Shown here in pieces: positions 9,658 to 19,318 of a DNA stretch of 64,000 nt. A program made the position numbers and the translations under genes. The notes beneath the pieces are model-generated. The model did not search any database. It was not told the origin of the DNA and saw only the letters and a list, made by a program, of their open reading frames with translations. The DNA comes from an uncultured Gemmatimonadales bacterium (lineage in GTDB: Bacteria > Gemmatimonadota > Gemmatimonadetes > Gemmatimonadales > Gemmatimonadaceae): positions 800,001 to 864,000 of the forward strand of contig CAWKMU010000003.1 in NCBI GenBank assembly GCA_963850905.1. The letters are read 5' to 3'. The first letter of the stretch is position 1. Every line of letters starts with the position of its first letter.

Positions 9658-9898
9658 ACCGCACGATCCAGCCGTAGACCGGTAGGGGCGACGCCCTGCG
9701 TCGCCGTGCCGCGACCGCACGATCTAGCCATGGACCGGTAGGGGCGACGCCTCGCGTCGCCCTCCGTACACGATCACGACATTCGGGGAAAACCACGATC
9801 CGGCCCTCGGCGGGTAGGGGCGACGCATGCGTCGCCCGTCTTGGGCGTACCGCGATCGTTGAGAGGTTAGACCGGTAGGGCGACCCACCGCGCGCCCG
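9658..9898 (+). repeat. Cluster of four same-orientation GTAG-REP cores
   Basis: Cores start at 9682, 9738, 9814 and 9875; the first two share the flank ACCGCACGATCYAGCCRTRGACCG. Confidence 0.88.
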
Positions 9899-9900
9899 TC

Positions 9901-9939
9901 CAAAAACAAGCGGGGCGCTTCTTGTGGAAGCGCCCCGCT
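9901..9939 (-). terminator. Rho-independent terminator of the cold-shock gene
   Basis: 13-bp stem AGCGGGGCGCTTC/GAAGCGCCCCGCT (9909-9939) followed on the - strand by TGTTTTT, about 50 nt after the csp stop. Confidence 0.8.
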
Positions 9940-9988
9940 CCTGCGTACGACCGTTGTTGTCGTACGTGTGGCTCGCTACGCGAACTGC

Positions 9989-10207
9989 TTAGCGGGCGCC
10001 GCCGGCTTTCGTCACGTTCTCGGCGGCCGGGCCCTTCTGACCCTGCACAATGTCGAACTCCACGACGTCACCCTCGGCCAGGGACTTGAAACCGGACCCC
10101 TGAATCGCGCTGTAATGCACGAAGCAGTCCTTCTGTCCGTTGTCCGGAGTGATGAACCCGAAGCCCTTCGCGTCGTTGAACCACTTCACTTTCCCGGTCG
10201 TGCGCAT
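9989..10207 (-). CDS. cspA: Cold-shock protein (CspA family, 72 aa)
   Basis: [15 protein letters not shown] (RNP-1), FVHYSAI (RNP-2), [16 protein letters not shown]. Confidence 0.95.
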   Translation of the reverse strand: MRTTGKVKWFNDAKGFGFITPDNGQKDCFVHYSAIQGSGFKSLAEGDVVEFDIVQGQKGPAAENVTKAGGAR

Positions 10208-10417
10208 TCCGAACTCCTGCAAATTGAGACCGCGCCAGGTCATCGGGACACCCCGAGCCCAGACAGCCTCTTGACTCGCGGGAACTCTGGGTCTCCCGCC
10301 TTGAACCCCAAGCCTTAGACGGATTCCGGGCTTGTAAGCGGCGAATATAGGTGCGCCAAGTCTTGGACGCAAGACTCGGCGAGACGCCGAATGACGGTCA
10401 AAAACTGCCGTCTGCCC

Positions 10418-10858
10418 CTACTCTGCCACACCGACGACAAAGTACTCCGTATCGCCCCAACACGTCGTCGGCACACCGCGGTGTTGCTGGTACGCCAGGG
10501 ACACGCGCTTGCCCATCGACTTCGTGATGACATCGGCAACCGAATCGCTGCGGACCGTAAAGTAGAAGATCTGCGGCATCGACCCCGGAAGGTTGGCCTG
10601 GGCCAGCTCCCCTTCCCACGTCGGGCAGATCCACCCTTTCTTCGCGAGCTTCTGCACGAACCCTGACCGCTCACCTCGTGAGTACACGAAGGACAGCGCG
10701 GACCAGGTGAAGAGCGCAAACACGGCTGCGGGGATGATGACGAGCACGAGCAGGGCGATGAGCCCCCAGTGGCGACGGTGGCGTTTGGGCGGGGCCGGCT
10801 GGGCCGATACATCCGCGGTGTTGATCGCGCGGGGCGGCATGTCGAGTGGGTCGGGCAT
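10418..10858 (-). CDS. Hypothetical single-TM membrane protein
   Basis: TM segment, then YSRGERSGFVQKLAKKGWICPTWEGEL...WGDTEYFV; start chosen at internal ATG. Confidence 0.7.
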   Translation of the reverse strand: MPDPLDMPPRAINTADVSAQPAPPKRHRRHWGLIALLVLVIIPAAVFALFTWSALSFVYSRGERSGFVQKLAKKGWICPTWEGELAQANLPGSMPQIFYFTVRSDSVADVITKSMGKRVSLAYQQHRGVPTTCWGDTEYFVVGVAE

Positions 10859-10990
10859 TGGCGGGAGATCGGGAAGGAGGGAGCGCCGACGCAACTCTCT
10901 GAACAAGCCCTGCGAGAGAGTCCGGTACGAGTGGCCGCCAACTGCAGGCTAGCCAGAATGATGCCAGCCCCTGGGCTGCCGAGCAATACG

Positions 10991-11195
10991 AGGGGCAAGG
11001 GGTCAGGTTTCAGGGGTCAGGTACCAGGGGAGAACCGTAGAGGCCGTGCCTGATATCCGGGCATGGTTGTATTTGATTTGACGGAAAGCGCAACTCCCGC
11101 GAACCCAGCACCGGACTGATGCTCGCTTCATCGCTGCCGATAGCTTTTGGTAGTCGGTGTTCCCTGACCCCTGGCCCCTGACCCCTGACCCCCGC
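10991..11195. repeat. Inverted heptamer arms (GGGGTCA/TGACCCC) enclosing unrelated interior sequence
   Basis: Arms match the family; the ~125-nt interior has no REP core or inner hairpin; divergent intergenic region upstream of ispG. Confidence 0.75.
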
Positions 11196-11199
11196 TCTT

Positions 11200-12424
11200 T
11201 TGCTCCTCCGCCGCACTACCGTCACCGCCGACGTCGGTGGCGTGCCCATCGGATCCGCGCACCCCATCGTGGTGCAGTCGATGACCAACACCGACACTGC
11301 CGACGCAGCGGGCACGGCAGAGCAGGTGGTGGCGCTGGCACGCGCGGGTTCGCAGCTCGTCCGGATCACGGTCAACAACGACGAGGCAGCGGCGGCGGTG
11401 CCCGAGATCGCGCAGCGCATCGCGGACGCAGGACAGCCGGTGCCGATCGTCGGAGACTTTCACTACAACGGCCACCTGCTACTCGCCAAGTACCCGGAGT
11501 GCGCGCGGGCGCTCGCGAAATACCGCATCAATCCCGGCAATGTCGGTGGGAAACGGCGGGACGAAAACTTTCGCGCCATCATCGAGATGGCGATGGCGAA
11601 CGGCAAGCCGGTCCGCATCGGCGTGAACTGGGGATCGCTCGATCAGGATCTGCTCACCACGCTGATGGACGAGAACGCGCGGCAGGCCGAGCCGCTCGAC
11701 GCGCGCGATGTGTACATCGAGGCCATGCTCCAGAGCGCGCTGCGGTCCGCCACCCTCGCCGAAGAGACAGGCCTCGGCCACGATCGCATCGTGATCTCCG
11801 CCAAGGTCTCGGTCGTTCGCGATCTCGTCGACGTGTACCGCCGCCTCGCCGCCCGGTGCGACTATCCGCTGCACCTCGGGCTGACCGAGGCAGGCCTTGG
11901 CACCAAAGGCGTCGTCGCGAGCACCGCCGGCCTCTCGATTCTGCTCGCCGAAGGCATCGGCGACACGATCCGTGTCTCACTGACACCCAAGCCCGGTGGC
12001 GACCGCACGGAAGAGGTGCTGGTCGCACAGCAAATCCTGCAGTCGCTCGGGACTGCGCAGCTTCGCCCCGCAGGTGACCGCGTGTCCCGGATGCGGGCGG
12101 ACGACGTCGACGTTCTTCCAGCACATGGCGGAAGACATCCAGACCTATCTGCGGGAGCAAATGCCCATCTGGCGAGCGAAATATCCAGGCGTCGCCGACA
12201 TGCGCGTCGCGGTCATGGGCTGCGTCGTCAACGGACCCGGCGAGTCGAAGCACGCGAACATCGGCATCTCGCTCCCCGGCACGTTCGAGGAACCCAAGGC
12301 GCCCGTCTACGTCGACGGCAAGCTCGCGGTCACGCTGCGTGGCGACAGCATCGTCCCCGAGTTTCTCGAGATTCTCGAGGACTACGTCGCCAAGCGGTAC
12401 GGAGCCGCTGAGGTCCAGAGCTAG
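11200..12424 (+). CDS. ispG: (E)-4-hydroxy-3-methylbut-2-enyl-diphosphate synthase, one frameshift (probable sequencing error)
   Basis: [50 protein letters not shown] and [13 protein letters not shown] lie in the +1 frame; removing one G at 12049-12051 gives [20 protein letters not shown] (span 1225 = 3n+1). Confidence 0.93.
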
Positions 12425-12429
12425 AGCTC

Positions 12430-12563
12430 AACGGCGGAGTCAGGACCCGGGACCAAATCGCCAGCCTGTCGCAAGCTCGCCGTTGACGCCGACATGTAGG
12501 GGCGGGCTTCAGCCCGCCCCTTTGTCGTTGCGGTTGTCGTCCCCTATCGCCTAATCCGCAGTT
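12430..12563 (+). repeat. Composite element with variant REP core
   Basis: AACGGCGG...CCGCAGTT ends; core GTAGGGGCGGGCTTCAGCCCGCCC at 12496-12519; family right part TTGTCGTTGCGGTTGTCGT. Confidence 0.85.
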
Positions 12564-12585
12564 ATGCCCCGCGCTGTTCAGCTCC

Positions 12586-13174
12586 TCACTGCAATGGCGC
12601 AGCCTGGATGACGTTGTAAGTCGCCTTCGCCGGAGTAGTCGCCCCAGCATTGGCGGAGTTCACTTGCTGCGTGGTCACCATGAGCTTCTCATATTTCATC
12701 GTCGCCGTGACGTTGGAGCTCAGCTGCAACTGGGTGACGGCCACGTTCTCCATCACCCACGTCATGATGTTCTGTTGGACCGCTGTCTGGATCGTGAACT
12801 TGGCCATCACGCAGCCGGTCGAATGCACAGCCTTGAAACACCGCGTTTGAAGCAAGTTGATCGTTCGGTGCGAACTGGATCTGCACGGTACCGCCAGTGT
12901 GTTGCACGGCCATACCACTCTGCCCAGTTCCAGCCGACGGATCGGTGAACGTCACGCTCGTCGCATTCCCCAGCGGCACCGCGGTCTGACCGACCCTGGT
13001 GTTCGGCATGAACGACGTGGCATACGCCCCGGTCCCCGCCGTCATCGCAATCGGCAGGGCCACGGGACGCTGAAGAGGTCGGGCGAGAGTGGGCGCCTGC
13101 GCGGCCAGCGTCGCTGCGGTGCCAAGAAGAATGATCCCGGTCATCCATGAGACCGAGAGCGGGCCTGAACGCAT
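12586..13174 (-). CDS. Secreted Hcp-like protein, one frameshift near 12822
   Basis: AGGAGG RBS; signal peptide ending TLAAQ; removing one base joins ...ASNAVFQGCA to STGCVMAKFTIQ...VMENVAVTQL...MKYEKL...ATYNV (span 589 = 3n+1). Confidence 0.55.
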
Positions 13175-13358
13175 TGTGCCTCCTATCGTAGTGAGTTGAG
13201 CGTGACCCCTTGCCGCTGCCCGGCTTGTCACGGGTGCAGAACCGTAACACTGCCAGTTACACGGCATGAGAGGGCGAACAGTCTCACACCGGCAACTTTG
13301 CCAGACGGCTCTCACCGCGCCCGGACCGCGCGGCGAGCGCGGCTCGAGTGCGCCATTC

Positions 13359-13895
13359 TCACGCTGTCGTGCACTGGTAGCCCGTGCTCACGAACGTCGC
13401 GCGAAAGCTGATCGTCGCGTTCCCCGACGAGGCGACTGGGGACCATTGGCTCAGCATCGCGTGATGCAGAAGGCACGTGGCCGACCGTCCGTTGGCAGCG
13501 ACGCTCGTCAACGTCAGTTCCATGGCTCGACCCGTTTGAGTGGCTTGCTGCACTCGTCTGAACGTTCCAGCCGCGGCGCCGGGGACGATCACGCTGAGTT
13601 GGCGGCCGTCGGACTGCGCTGCCATCCGATCGCCAACCGCGGGAGTCGTGCTCGCGCCCCACGACCACGACATCACGTTGACCGCGAGGGGCTGCGCGGC
13701 GCTCGACACATCGCCCCAACTGATGCTCAGCGTGGTGTGGGCCCCTGTCGCCGGGTCCACCATGGGCTGAACTGTGGCCGAGGTCCCTGGCGGCAGGGCC
13801 ATCGGGGCTCGGACCTGAGCCGCCACATCACGTCCCACCGACGGTACAAACACGACAACCAACGCAAGCATGAACAACGGCGGCCGGGCAGACAT
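13359..13895 (-). CDS. Secreted Hcp-like protein
   Basis: AGGAGG RBS; signal peptide ending VAAQ; VMSWSWGAS motif as in the Hcp N-terminal strand; LLHHAMLSQW and ISFRATFV strands. Confidence 0.6.
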   Translation of the reverse strand: MSARPPLFMLALVVVFVPSVGRDVAAQVRAPMALPPGTSATVQPMVDPATGAHTTLSISWGDVSSAAQPLAVNVMSWSWGASTTPAVGDRMAAQSDGRQLSVIVPGAAAGTFRRVQQATQTGRAMELTLTSVAANGRSATCLLHHAMLSQWSPVASSGNATISFRATFVSTGYQCTTA

Positions 13896-13993
13896 CGGTC
13901 CTCCTGCTGTCACGGGTTGAAAGCGGGTGGTCAATCAGTTACACGACCTGAGCGCGCGAAGACTCTCACGAACGCCCCGCCGTCTGCCGTCGG

Positions 13994-14434
13994 TTACCTG
14001 GATTCTGGGTCCCGAATCCCGAGGCGCGCCGCTTCTGCTCCTCGCACCAGGTCCAGTACGGCCTGCACGACATCCCCGACGGAAAACGGTCGCCGGATGA
14101 CGCGCGTCCACGACCCCGGCGGATCACCGTGAACCGCGGACGCGAGCAACACGACGGGGACCGCGCCATGGCGGCCGCGCAGCTCCGCGAGCACCGCGCC
14201 GGTCACCGCGTCCGGCGCGCGCTCGATGGCGCTCCAATCCACCACGAGCCCACGCACCGGACCACGACCGGGAGCGTGGGCAGGGTAGGCAAGGGCCCCG
14301 GCGAGGGTCCGGGTGCCAATGGCATCGTAGCCGGCTTCCCGCAACGCAGCCCGCACCAGCGCGCGCGGCCACTGGTCCGGCATGACGATGAGGATCCGCG
14401 GCGCGGAGGGCGGCAGGGCAGGGAGATCGCCCAC
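13994..14434 (-). CDS. Atypical stand-alone receiver-like protein
   Basis: RILIVMPD..RALVRAALREAGY...LVVD...VPVVLLAS...RRPF CheY-like pattern; start uncertain. Confidence 0.55.
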   Translation of the reverse strand: MGDLPALPPSAPRILIVMPDQWPRALVRAALREAGYDAIGTRTLAGALAYPAHAPGRGPVRGLVVDWSAIERAPDAVTGAVLAELRGRHGAVPVVLLASAVHGDPPGSWTRVIRRPFSVGDVVQAVLDLVRGAEAARLGIRDPESR

Positions 14435-14553
14435 GGCAGAGGACGGCGACGGTTGGATGGGCGGCAACCACGTGTGGCAACTGGCACGTTCACCGGTCAC
14501 CGGTACACTTTGTAGCGAGGAACGGGCCTCAGGCTCGCTACTGGAGAGGATCA

Positions 14554-16863
14554 ATGTCATCGACATCGATGGACCGGCGGGAGTTCTTGCAGGACCTCGC
14601 GGCCGGCGGGCTCGTGCTGGTCATCACCGCAACCGGCTGCCGCCGCTTCTCTGATCGCTACGCAGCGGGAGGCGCCCAGACCGGCGGGACGTCGGACCCT
14701 GCGTCCACTGCGCCATCCTTTGCCCCGGCCGTGTATCTCCGCATCGCCAATGACGGCGATGTCACCGCCATCGTCCACCGATCCGAGATGGGCCAGGGCT
14801 CGAAGACGACGCTGGCGATGATCCTCGCCGACGAGCTCGAAGCGGACTGGTCTCGCGTCCACGTCGAGCAGGCCCCGGGCGATGACAAACGCTACGGCAA
14901 TCAGGACACCGACGGCTCGTGGAGCATTCGCGGCTTCATGCAGCCATTCCGCGAGGCGGGGGCCACCGCGCGCACGATGCTGGAGCAGGCTGCCGCGCAG
15001 CAGTGGAACGTGCCGGTCGCCGATGTGCGAGCCAACCAGCACCATGTGATTCATACAGCCAGCGGGCGCTCGATCGACTACAAGGATCTCGTCGCCACGG
15101 CGCGCACACTCACCGCCCCGGCGAAGGAGCAGCTGCGACTCAAGCAGCCGTCTGAGTTCCGGTTGATCGGCAAGGGCGTCCCCATGGTCGATCTGACGGA
15201 CATGACGGTCGGACACGCGCGCTATGGCATCGACCAGCATTTGGCCGGGATGAAGTTCGCCGTCATTGCTCGGCCACCCGTGTATGGCGGCAGACTCACG
15301 CGCATCGACGATCGCGCGGCTCGTGCAGTGCCCGGCGTGGAGCGCATCGTGCGGATTCCCTTCACCGCGCCGCCGTCCGGGATGTCGCCACTGGGCGGCG
15401 TGGCCGTCGTCGCCAGCAACAGCTGGGCGGCCATCAAGGGACGCGACGCACTCAAGCTCACCTGGCGCGACGGCCCCAACGCCGCGTACACCAGCGCGAC
15501 ATACCGAACGGCGCTGGAGCGTTCAGTGCGCTCGGCCGGCAAGGTGGCCCGAACCCAGGGCAACGCGGCCGCTGCGCTCGAGCGTGCCGCGCAACGGCTC
15601 AGCGCCGAGTACTACATCCCCCACCTGGCGCATGCCTCGATGGAACCGCCCGCCGCGCTGGCGTCGGTGACCGCGGCGGGCTGCGAAGTGTGGGCGCCCT
15701 CGCAGTCGCCCCAAGGCGCGCGCGACGTGGTCGCGAAGGCGCTCGGCATGCCGGCCGACAAGGTCACCCTCCACGTCACGTTGCTGGGCGGCGCGTTCGG
15801 ACGAAAATCGATGCACGACTTCATCGTCGAGGCCGCGCTTCTCTCCCGCGCCGTCGGCGCACCCGTCAAGGTGCTGTGGACCCGCGAAGACGATCTGCAA
15901 CACGACTACTATCACGCCGTCGCGGTCGAGCGCCTCGAGGCCGGACTCGACGCCAACGGCAAGGTCGTCGCCTGGCTCCATCGGTCGGCACTGCCCGCGA
16001 TCAACTCGACGTTTCAGCAGAACGTGTTGTATCAGGATGAGGGCGAGCTCGGGATGGGCGTGACCGATTTCCCGTACGCGATCGCGAATCTGCGAGGGGA
16101 AGCGGGGCCGGCCACGGCACACACACGCATCGGATGGCTCCGGTCGGTCATCAACATTCCCCACGGCTTCGCGATCGCATCGTTCATCGACGAGCTCGCG
16201 CACGCGGCGCACCGCGACCCGAAGGACTTCATTCTCGACTTGCTCGGGCCCGACCACGTCGTCGACATGGCGCACGCCGGCATCACGGGTAAACCGTCGA
16301 ACTACAATGCGTCGTTCGAGGACTATCCGATCGATACGGCGCGATTCCGCGGCGTCGTGGAGCTCGCGGCGCAACAGTCGGGATGGGGTCAGCCACTGAG
16401 CGCAGGACAAGGCCGCGGCATCGCGGTCCACCGCAGCTTCCTGACCTACGTCGCGTCCGTCGTGCAGGTCGAGGTGCGTCCGGACGGTGCGATCACGATT
16501 CCACGTGTCGACGTCGCCGTCGATGCGGGCTTCGTCGCGCATCCCGAACGCGCGGTCTCACAGATCGAAGGCGCGACGATCATGGGATTGGGCAACGCGC
16601 TGCACAGCGAGATCACCTTCACCGGCGGTCGCACCGACCAGTCGAACTTCGATCGGTACCAGGTCCTTCGGATGGATGAAGCGCCCCACGAGATTCGCGT
16701 GCACCTCGTGCCAAGCACGGCCAAACCTGCCGGCATCGGCGAGCCCGGCCTGCCGCCCACGGCGCCCGCACTCTGCAACGCGATCTTCGCCGCCACGGGC
16801 CGCCGGATTCGCTCACTGCCGATTGCGGACCAGTTGAAGCCAGGCGCGATAGCGGAAAGCTGA
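14554..16863 (+). CDS. iorB: Xanthine dehydrogenase family molybdopterin-binding subunit (isoquinoline 1-oxidoreductase beta-like), Tat-exported
   Basis: DRREFL Tat motif; [38 protein letters not shown]. Confidence 0.9.
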   Translation: MSSTSMDRREFLQDLAAGGLVLVITATGCRRFSDRYAAGGAQTGGTSDPASTAPSFAPAVYLRIANDGDVTAIVHRSEMGQGSKTTLAMILADELEADWSRVHVEQAPGDDKRYGNQDTDGSWSIRGFMQPFREAGATARTMLEQAAAQQWNVPVADVRANQHHVIHTASGRSIDYKDLVATARTLTAPAKEQLRLKQPSEFRLIGKGVPMVDLTDMTVGHARYGIDQHLAGMKFAVIARPPVYGGRLTRIDDRAARAVPGVERIVRIPFTAPPSGMSPLGGVAVVASNSWAAIKGRDALKLTWRDGPNAAYTSATYRTALERSVRSAGKVARTQGNAAAALERAAQRLSAEYYIPHLAHASMEPPAALASVTAAGCEVWAPSQSPQGARDVVAKALGMPADKVTLHVTLLGGAFGRKSMHDFIVEAALLSRAVGAPVKVLWTREDDLQHDYYHAVAVERLEAGLDANGKVVAWLHRSALPAINSTFQQNVLYQDEGELGMGVTDFPYAIANLRGEAGPATAHTRIGWLRSVINIPHGFAIASFIDELAHAAHRDPKDFILDLLGPDHVVDMAHAGITGKPSNYNASFEDYPIDTARFRGVVELAAQQSGWGQPLSAGQGRGIAVHRSFLTYVASVVQVEVRPDGAITIPRVDVAVDAGFVAHPERAVSQIEGATIMGLGNALHSEITFTGGRTDQSNFDRYQVLRMDEAPHEIRVHLVPSTAKPAGIGEPGLPPTAPALCNAIFAATGRRIRSLPIADQLKPGAIAES

Positions 16864-17017
16864 ACGGCGGGATCGGGGATCAGGGGCCAGGGAACACATC
16901 GAGAAGACGGTCACGGTGCACTGCGACCGGCCTTGGACCGGTAGGGGCGACGCATTGCGTCGCCCGTTGTTGTCGTTGCGGTTGCCGTGCCTGACCCCTG
17001 ACCCTGACCCCGCAGTT
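16863..17017 (+). repeat. Composite heptamer-arm/GTAG-REP element, full copy overlapping the iorB stop
   Basis: TG|AACGGCGGG ... core 16941-16965 ... CCCCGCAGTT. Confidence 0.92.
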
Positions 17018-17066
17018 CAGTCGCCGCACCAAACGACTCGCCCCTGCACGTGGTATTGCTAGTACC

Positions 17067-17234
17067 ATGCTGCTTCCACTCCCCGCCCTGCGCCGCTTGC
17101 CGCCACGAACCGCGTGGCTCCTCGTGGCCGTCGACATCATTCAATACAGCGGCATCGCGCTCATCGCGGTCCCGCTCGCGATCGGCGCCTACCTCGTGGC
17201 GAGCGCGCGCGTCGCGCTCGGCGTGCAACGATGA
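17067..17234 (+). CDS. Small membrane protein (55 aa), not in the ORF track
   Basis: ATG 17067 to TGA 17234: MLLPLPALRRLPPRTAWLLVAVDIIQYSGIALIAVPLAIGAYLVASARVALGVQR; GC3-rich codons; followed by a degenerate REP. Confidence 0.5.
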   Translation: MLLPLPALRRLPPRTAWLLVAVDIIQYSGIALIAVPLAIGAYLVASARVALGVQR

Positions 17235-17245
17235 CCGCGCGCGGA

Positions 17246-17265
17246 GTAGGGGCGCATGCGTCGCC
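17246..17265 (+). repeat. Degenerate GTAG-REP core
   Basis: GTAGGGGCGCATGCGTCGCC (core with internal deletion). Confidence 0.6.
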
Positions 17266-17467
17266 TGCGCTTGTTGGGGCGACCGGACCGATGCGCGTGA
17301 CCCGCAAGCGGGTCGCGGCGTGGCCGACGAACTCCAACGGCCAGCCCGTGTATGGAGTAGTGAGGGGTAAGCGAACACACTCCCATCTGACGACTCGGAC
17401 TCTGACACCTCGACGCGGTACAGGTCGGTCTCCTCGTGCTCTCGACGGCTCAGCGCCTCGTACCACA

Positions 17468-18175
17468 CTGAGCGGCGAGCAGACGGACGAGCGGGACATC
17501 TCCGGCACGTCGGCAACGGAGAGCGACGCAGCGCTCGTCGCGCGCGTGCGTGCCGGAGACGTCGCGGCGTTTTCGGGACTGGTCAATCGGCACATGCGCA
17601 ACGCGTTCGGGATCGCGTATCATGTGTTGCAGCATCGCGAGGACGCGGAAGATGCCGTCCAGCAGGCCTTCATCGCGGCGCTGGCCCGATTGGACACGTT
17701 CGATGCGACCCGGCCGTTCGGTCCGTGGATCTCACGAGTGGTGCTGAACCATGCTCGCAGCGCACGACGCGCGCGCACCCGGTTGGTCCGTGGCTGGGTC
17801 GAGCCTGTCGAGACGATCGAGGCAGCGCCGTCGGCGGCGCCGGACCGCGCGGCCGAGCGCCGCGAGATCCGGGAACGTGTGCGAGAAGCACTCACGTTGT
17901 TGCCAGAGCGACAACGACTTGCCGTGCAGTTGATCGACATCGAGGGATATTCCCCGGCCGATGTCGCGGCCACGCTCGAGCTCTCGCCCGTGACCGTTCG
18001 GTGGCACCTGATGGCAGCCCGCCGCAAGCTGCGCCGCCTCCTGGCGTCGCTCGTCGGGCCTCAGCCTGAACCCGCTCCCGACGCAGAGGACGTAACATCC
18101 AACGAACAACCCCACAGTCCGACGAGCCAAGCGCAGGGCCGCTCCGTGCGCCGCCGGCCGGACTCCGAGAGGTGA
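17468..18175 (+). CDS. ECF RNA polymerase sigma-70 factor
   Basis: SDAALVARVRAGDVAAFSGLV, DAEDAVQQAF, FGPWISRV (region 2); LPERQR...EGYSPADVA..LELSPVTVRWHL..AR (region 4); start approximate. Confidence 0.88.
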   Translation: MSGEQTDERDISGTSATESDAALVARVRAGDVAAFSGLVNRHMRNAFGIAYHVLQHREDAEDAVQQAFIAALARLDTFDATRPFGPWISRVVLNHARSARRARTRLVRGWVEPVETIEAAPSAAPDRAAERREIRERVREALTLLPERQRLAVQLIDIEGYSPADVAATLELSPVTVRWHLMAARRKLRRLLASLVGPQPEPAPDAEDVTSNEQPHSPTSQAQGRSVRRRPDSER

Positions 18176-18181
18176 CCGTAT

Positions 18182-18667
18182 ATGCCAAACGATCGATCAC
18201 ACGACGCGCATGAGCAGCCGGTGACCGCCCGGATCGGCGAGGTGGACCCAGTCTCGACGCTGGTCCGGACGTACGCGAGCCGGCCACCATATAATGCCGT
18301 CGATTGGGATGCGGTCGCAGCGCGCATCGTCTCCGCGGCCGACGCGGAGCTCCAGCGCCGGCGCACACTCGCCGGACGCGCGGGCGTGCTGCGTTGGCGT
18401 GTGCGAGCGTGGTGGGAAATCACTGCCGGATGGGCACGCCCCGCGGTGGCGGCAGCGGTCGCGATGATCGCAGTGGCGACGGCGCTCGTGATCGCGAACC
18501 CCGCGGCGTCACCCATGACTGACAACGCGAGCACGGCCGAGATGACGGCCACGGCCGACGGTGCCGATGCGGTCATGCTTGGATCGCCGGCGACCGAAGC
18601 CGCGTTCACCGAGGCCGGTCCGATCACGCGCGATTCGCTGTTCTCGGCGGTGGTCGACGGACAATGA
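18182..18667 (+). CDS. Putative single-TM anti-sigma factor
   Basis: Directly after the ECF gene; cytoplasmic N-terminus, one TM segment, short C-terminus; ATGA overlap with the next gene. Confidence 0.6.
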   Translation: MPNDRSHDAHEQPVTARIGEVDPVSTLVRTYASRPPYNAVDWDAVAARIVSAADAELQRRRTLAGRAGVLRWRVRAWWEITAGWARPAVAAAVAMIAVATALVIANPAASPMTDNASTAEMTATADGADAVMLGSPATEAAFTEAGPITRDSLFSAVVDGQ

Positions 18668-19143
18668 CCAGTCCGCGCGGCCCTGAGGCCTCACCCCCTG
18701 CCGGCGCCCCGCGGCTCGTGGCCGCGCTCGTCGTCGCGCTCGCGCTCGTAACGGGACTCGTCCTGGGCGTCGCCGTGGACCGCGGGTTGCTGCTGCGTGG
18801 TCACGGCGGCCGCGCAGCCTTCGTCGGACGGGCACCCGGCGGCCGACCGGGCGCACCGCGTGATGTCGTCCGGCAACATATCGAATCGGAGCTCGCACTC
18901 ACGCCGGCGCAGAAGACGCAGGTCGACTCCATCCTCTCGCAGCAGATGGCCAAGCGCCGCGCGCTCGTTGACTCGATCGGCGTCCACATGCACGCCCTTA
19001 TGGACTCCACCCGCGCTGCCGTCGATCGCGTGCTGACGCCCGAGCAGCGCCAGAAGCTCGTCGCGATCCGAGCCCATCGTGACAGCCTCCGCGGCCCCGG
19101 TGGCCCCGGTCCCCGCGGGCGGTTCGGTGGACCGAAGGATTAG
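18664..19143 (+). CDS. Spy/CpxP/ZraP-like periplasmic helical protein
   Basis: Membrane anchor; LTPAQ and LTPEQ (LTxxQ) motifs. Confidence 0.75.
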   Translation: MTSPRGPEASPPAGAPRLVAALVVALALVTGLVLGVAVDRGLLLRGHGGRAAFVGRAPGGRPGAPRDVVRQHIESELALTPAQKTQVDSILSQQMAKRRALVDSIGVHMHALMDSTRAAVDRVLTPEQRQKLVAIRAHRDSLRGPGGPGPRGRFGGPKD

Positions 19144-19146
19144 AGA

Positions 19147-19314
19147 GGCCGGGATAGGGGTCAGGATCAGGGAACAAACACAGAGGCCGGTCACGATTCA
19201 CAGTGGCCGGCATTTGGACCGGTAGGGGCGACGCATTGCGTCGCCCGTCCTTGTCGTTGCGAGTTGTCGTTCCTGACCCCTGACCCCTGACCCCGGACCC
19301 CCGATCCCGCCGTT
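19147..19314 (+). repeat. Composite heptamer-arm/GTAG-REP element, full copy
   Basis: Core 19222-19246; inner hairpin GCCGGTCAC..GTGGCCGGC; (TGACCCC)3; between convergent genes. Confidence 0.9.
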
Positions 19315-19318
19315 GGCT

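Noticed and set aside
9658..9898. CRISPR array
   Set aside because: The repeat is the dispersed REP core, spacing is irregular, two spacers share sequence, and there are no cas genes.
12040..12060. Programmed frameshift in ispG
   Set aside because: No slippery heptamer; a single extra G in a short run fits the window-wide indel pattern.
12586..13895. Type VI secretion system or prophage tail locus
   Set aside because: No sheath, VgrG, baseplate, PAAR or phage genes nearby, and both proteins have signal peptides.
17370..17400. ECF autoregulatory promoter shared with the spy-like gene upstream region (about 19855-19880)
   Set aside because: AAC...GACTC and AAC...GTCTC are similar, but the spacers differ (15 vs 17 nt); too weak to call.
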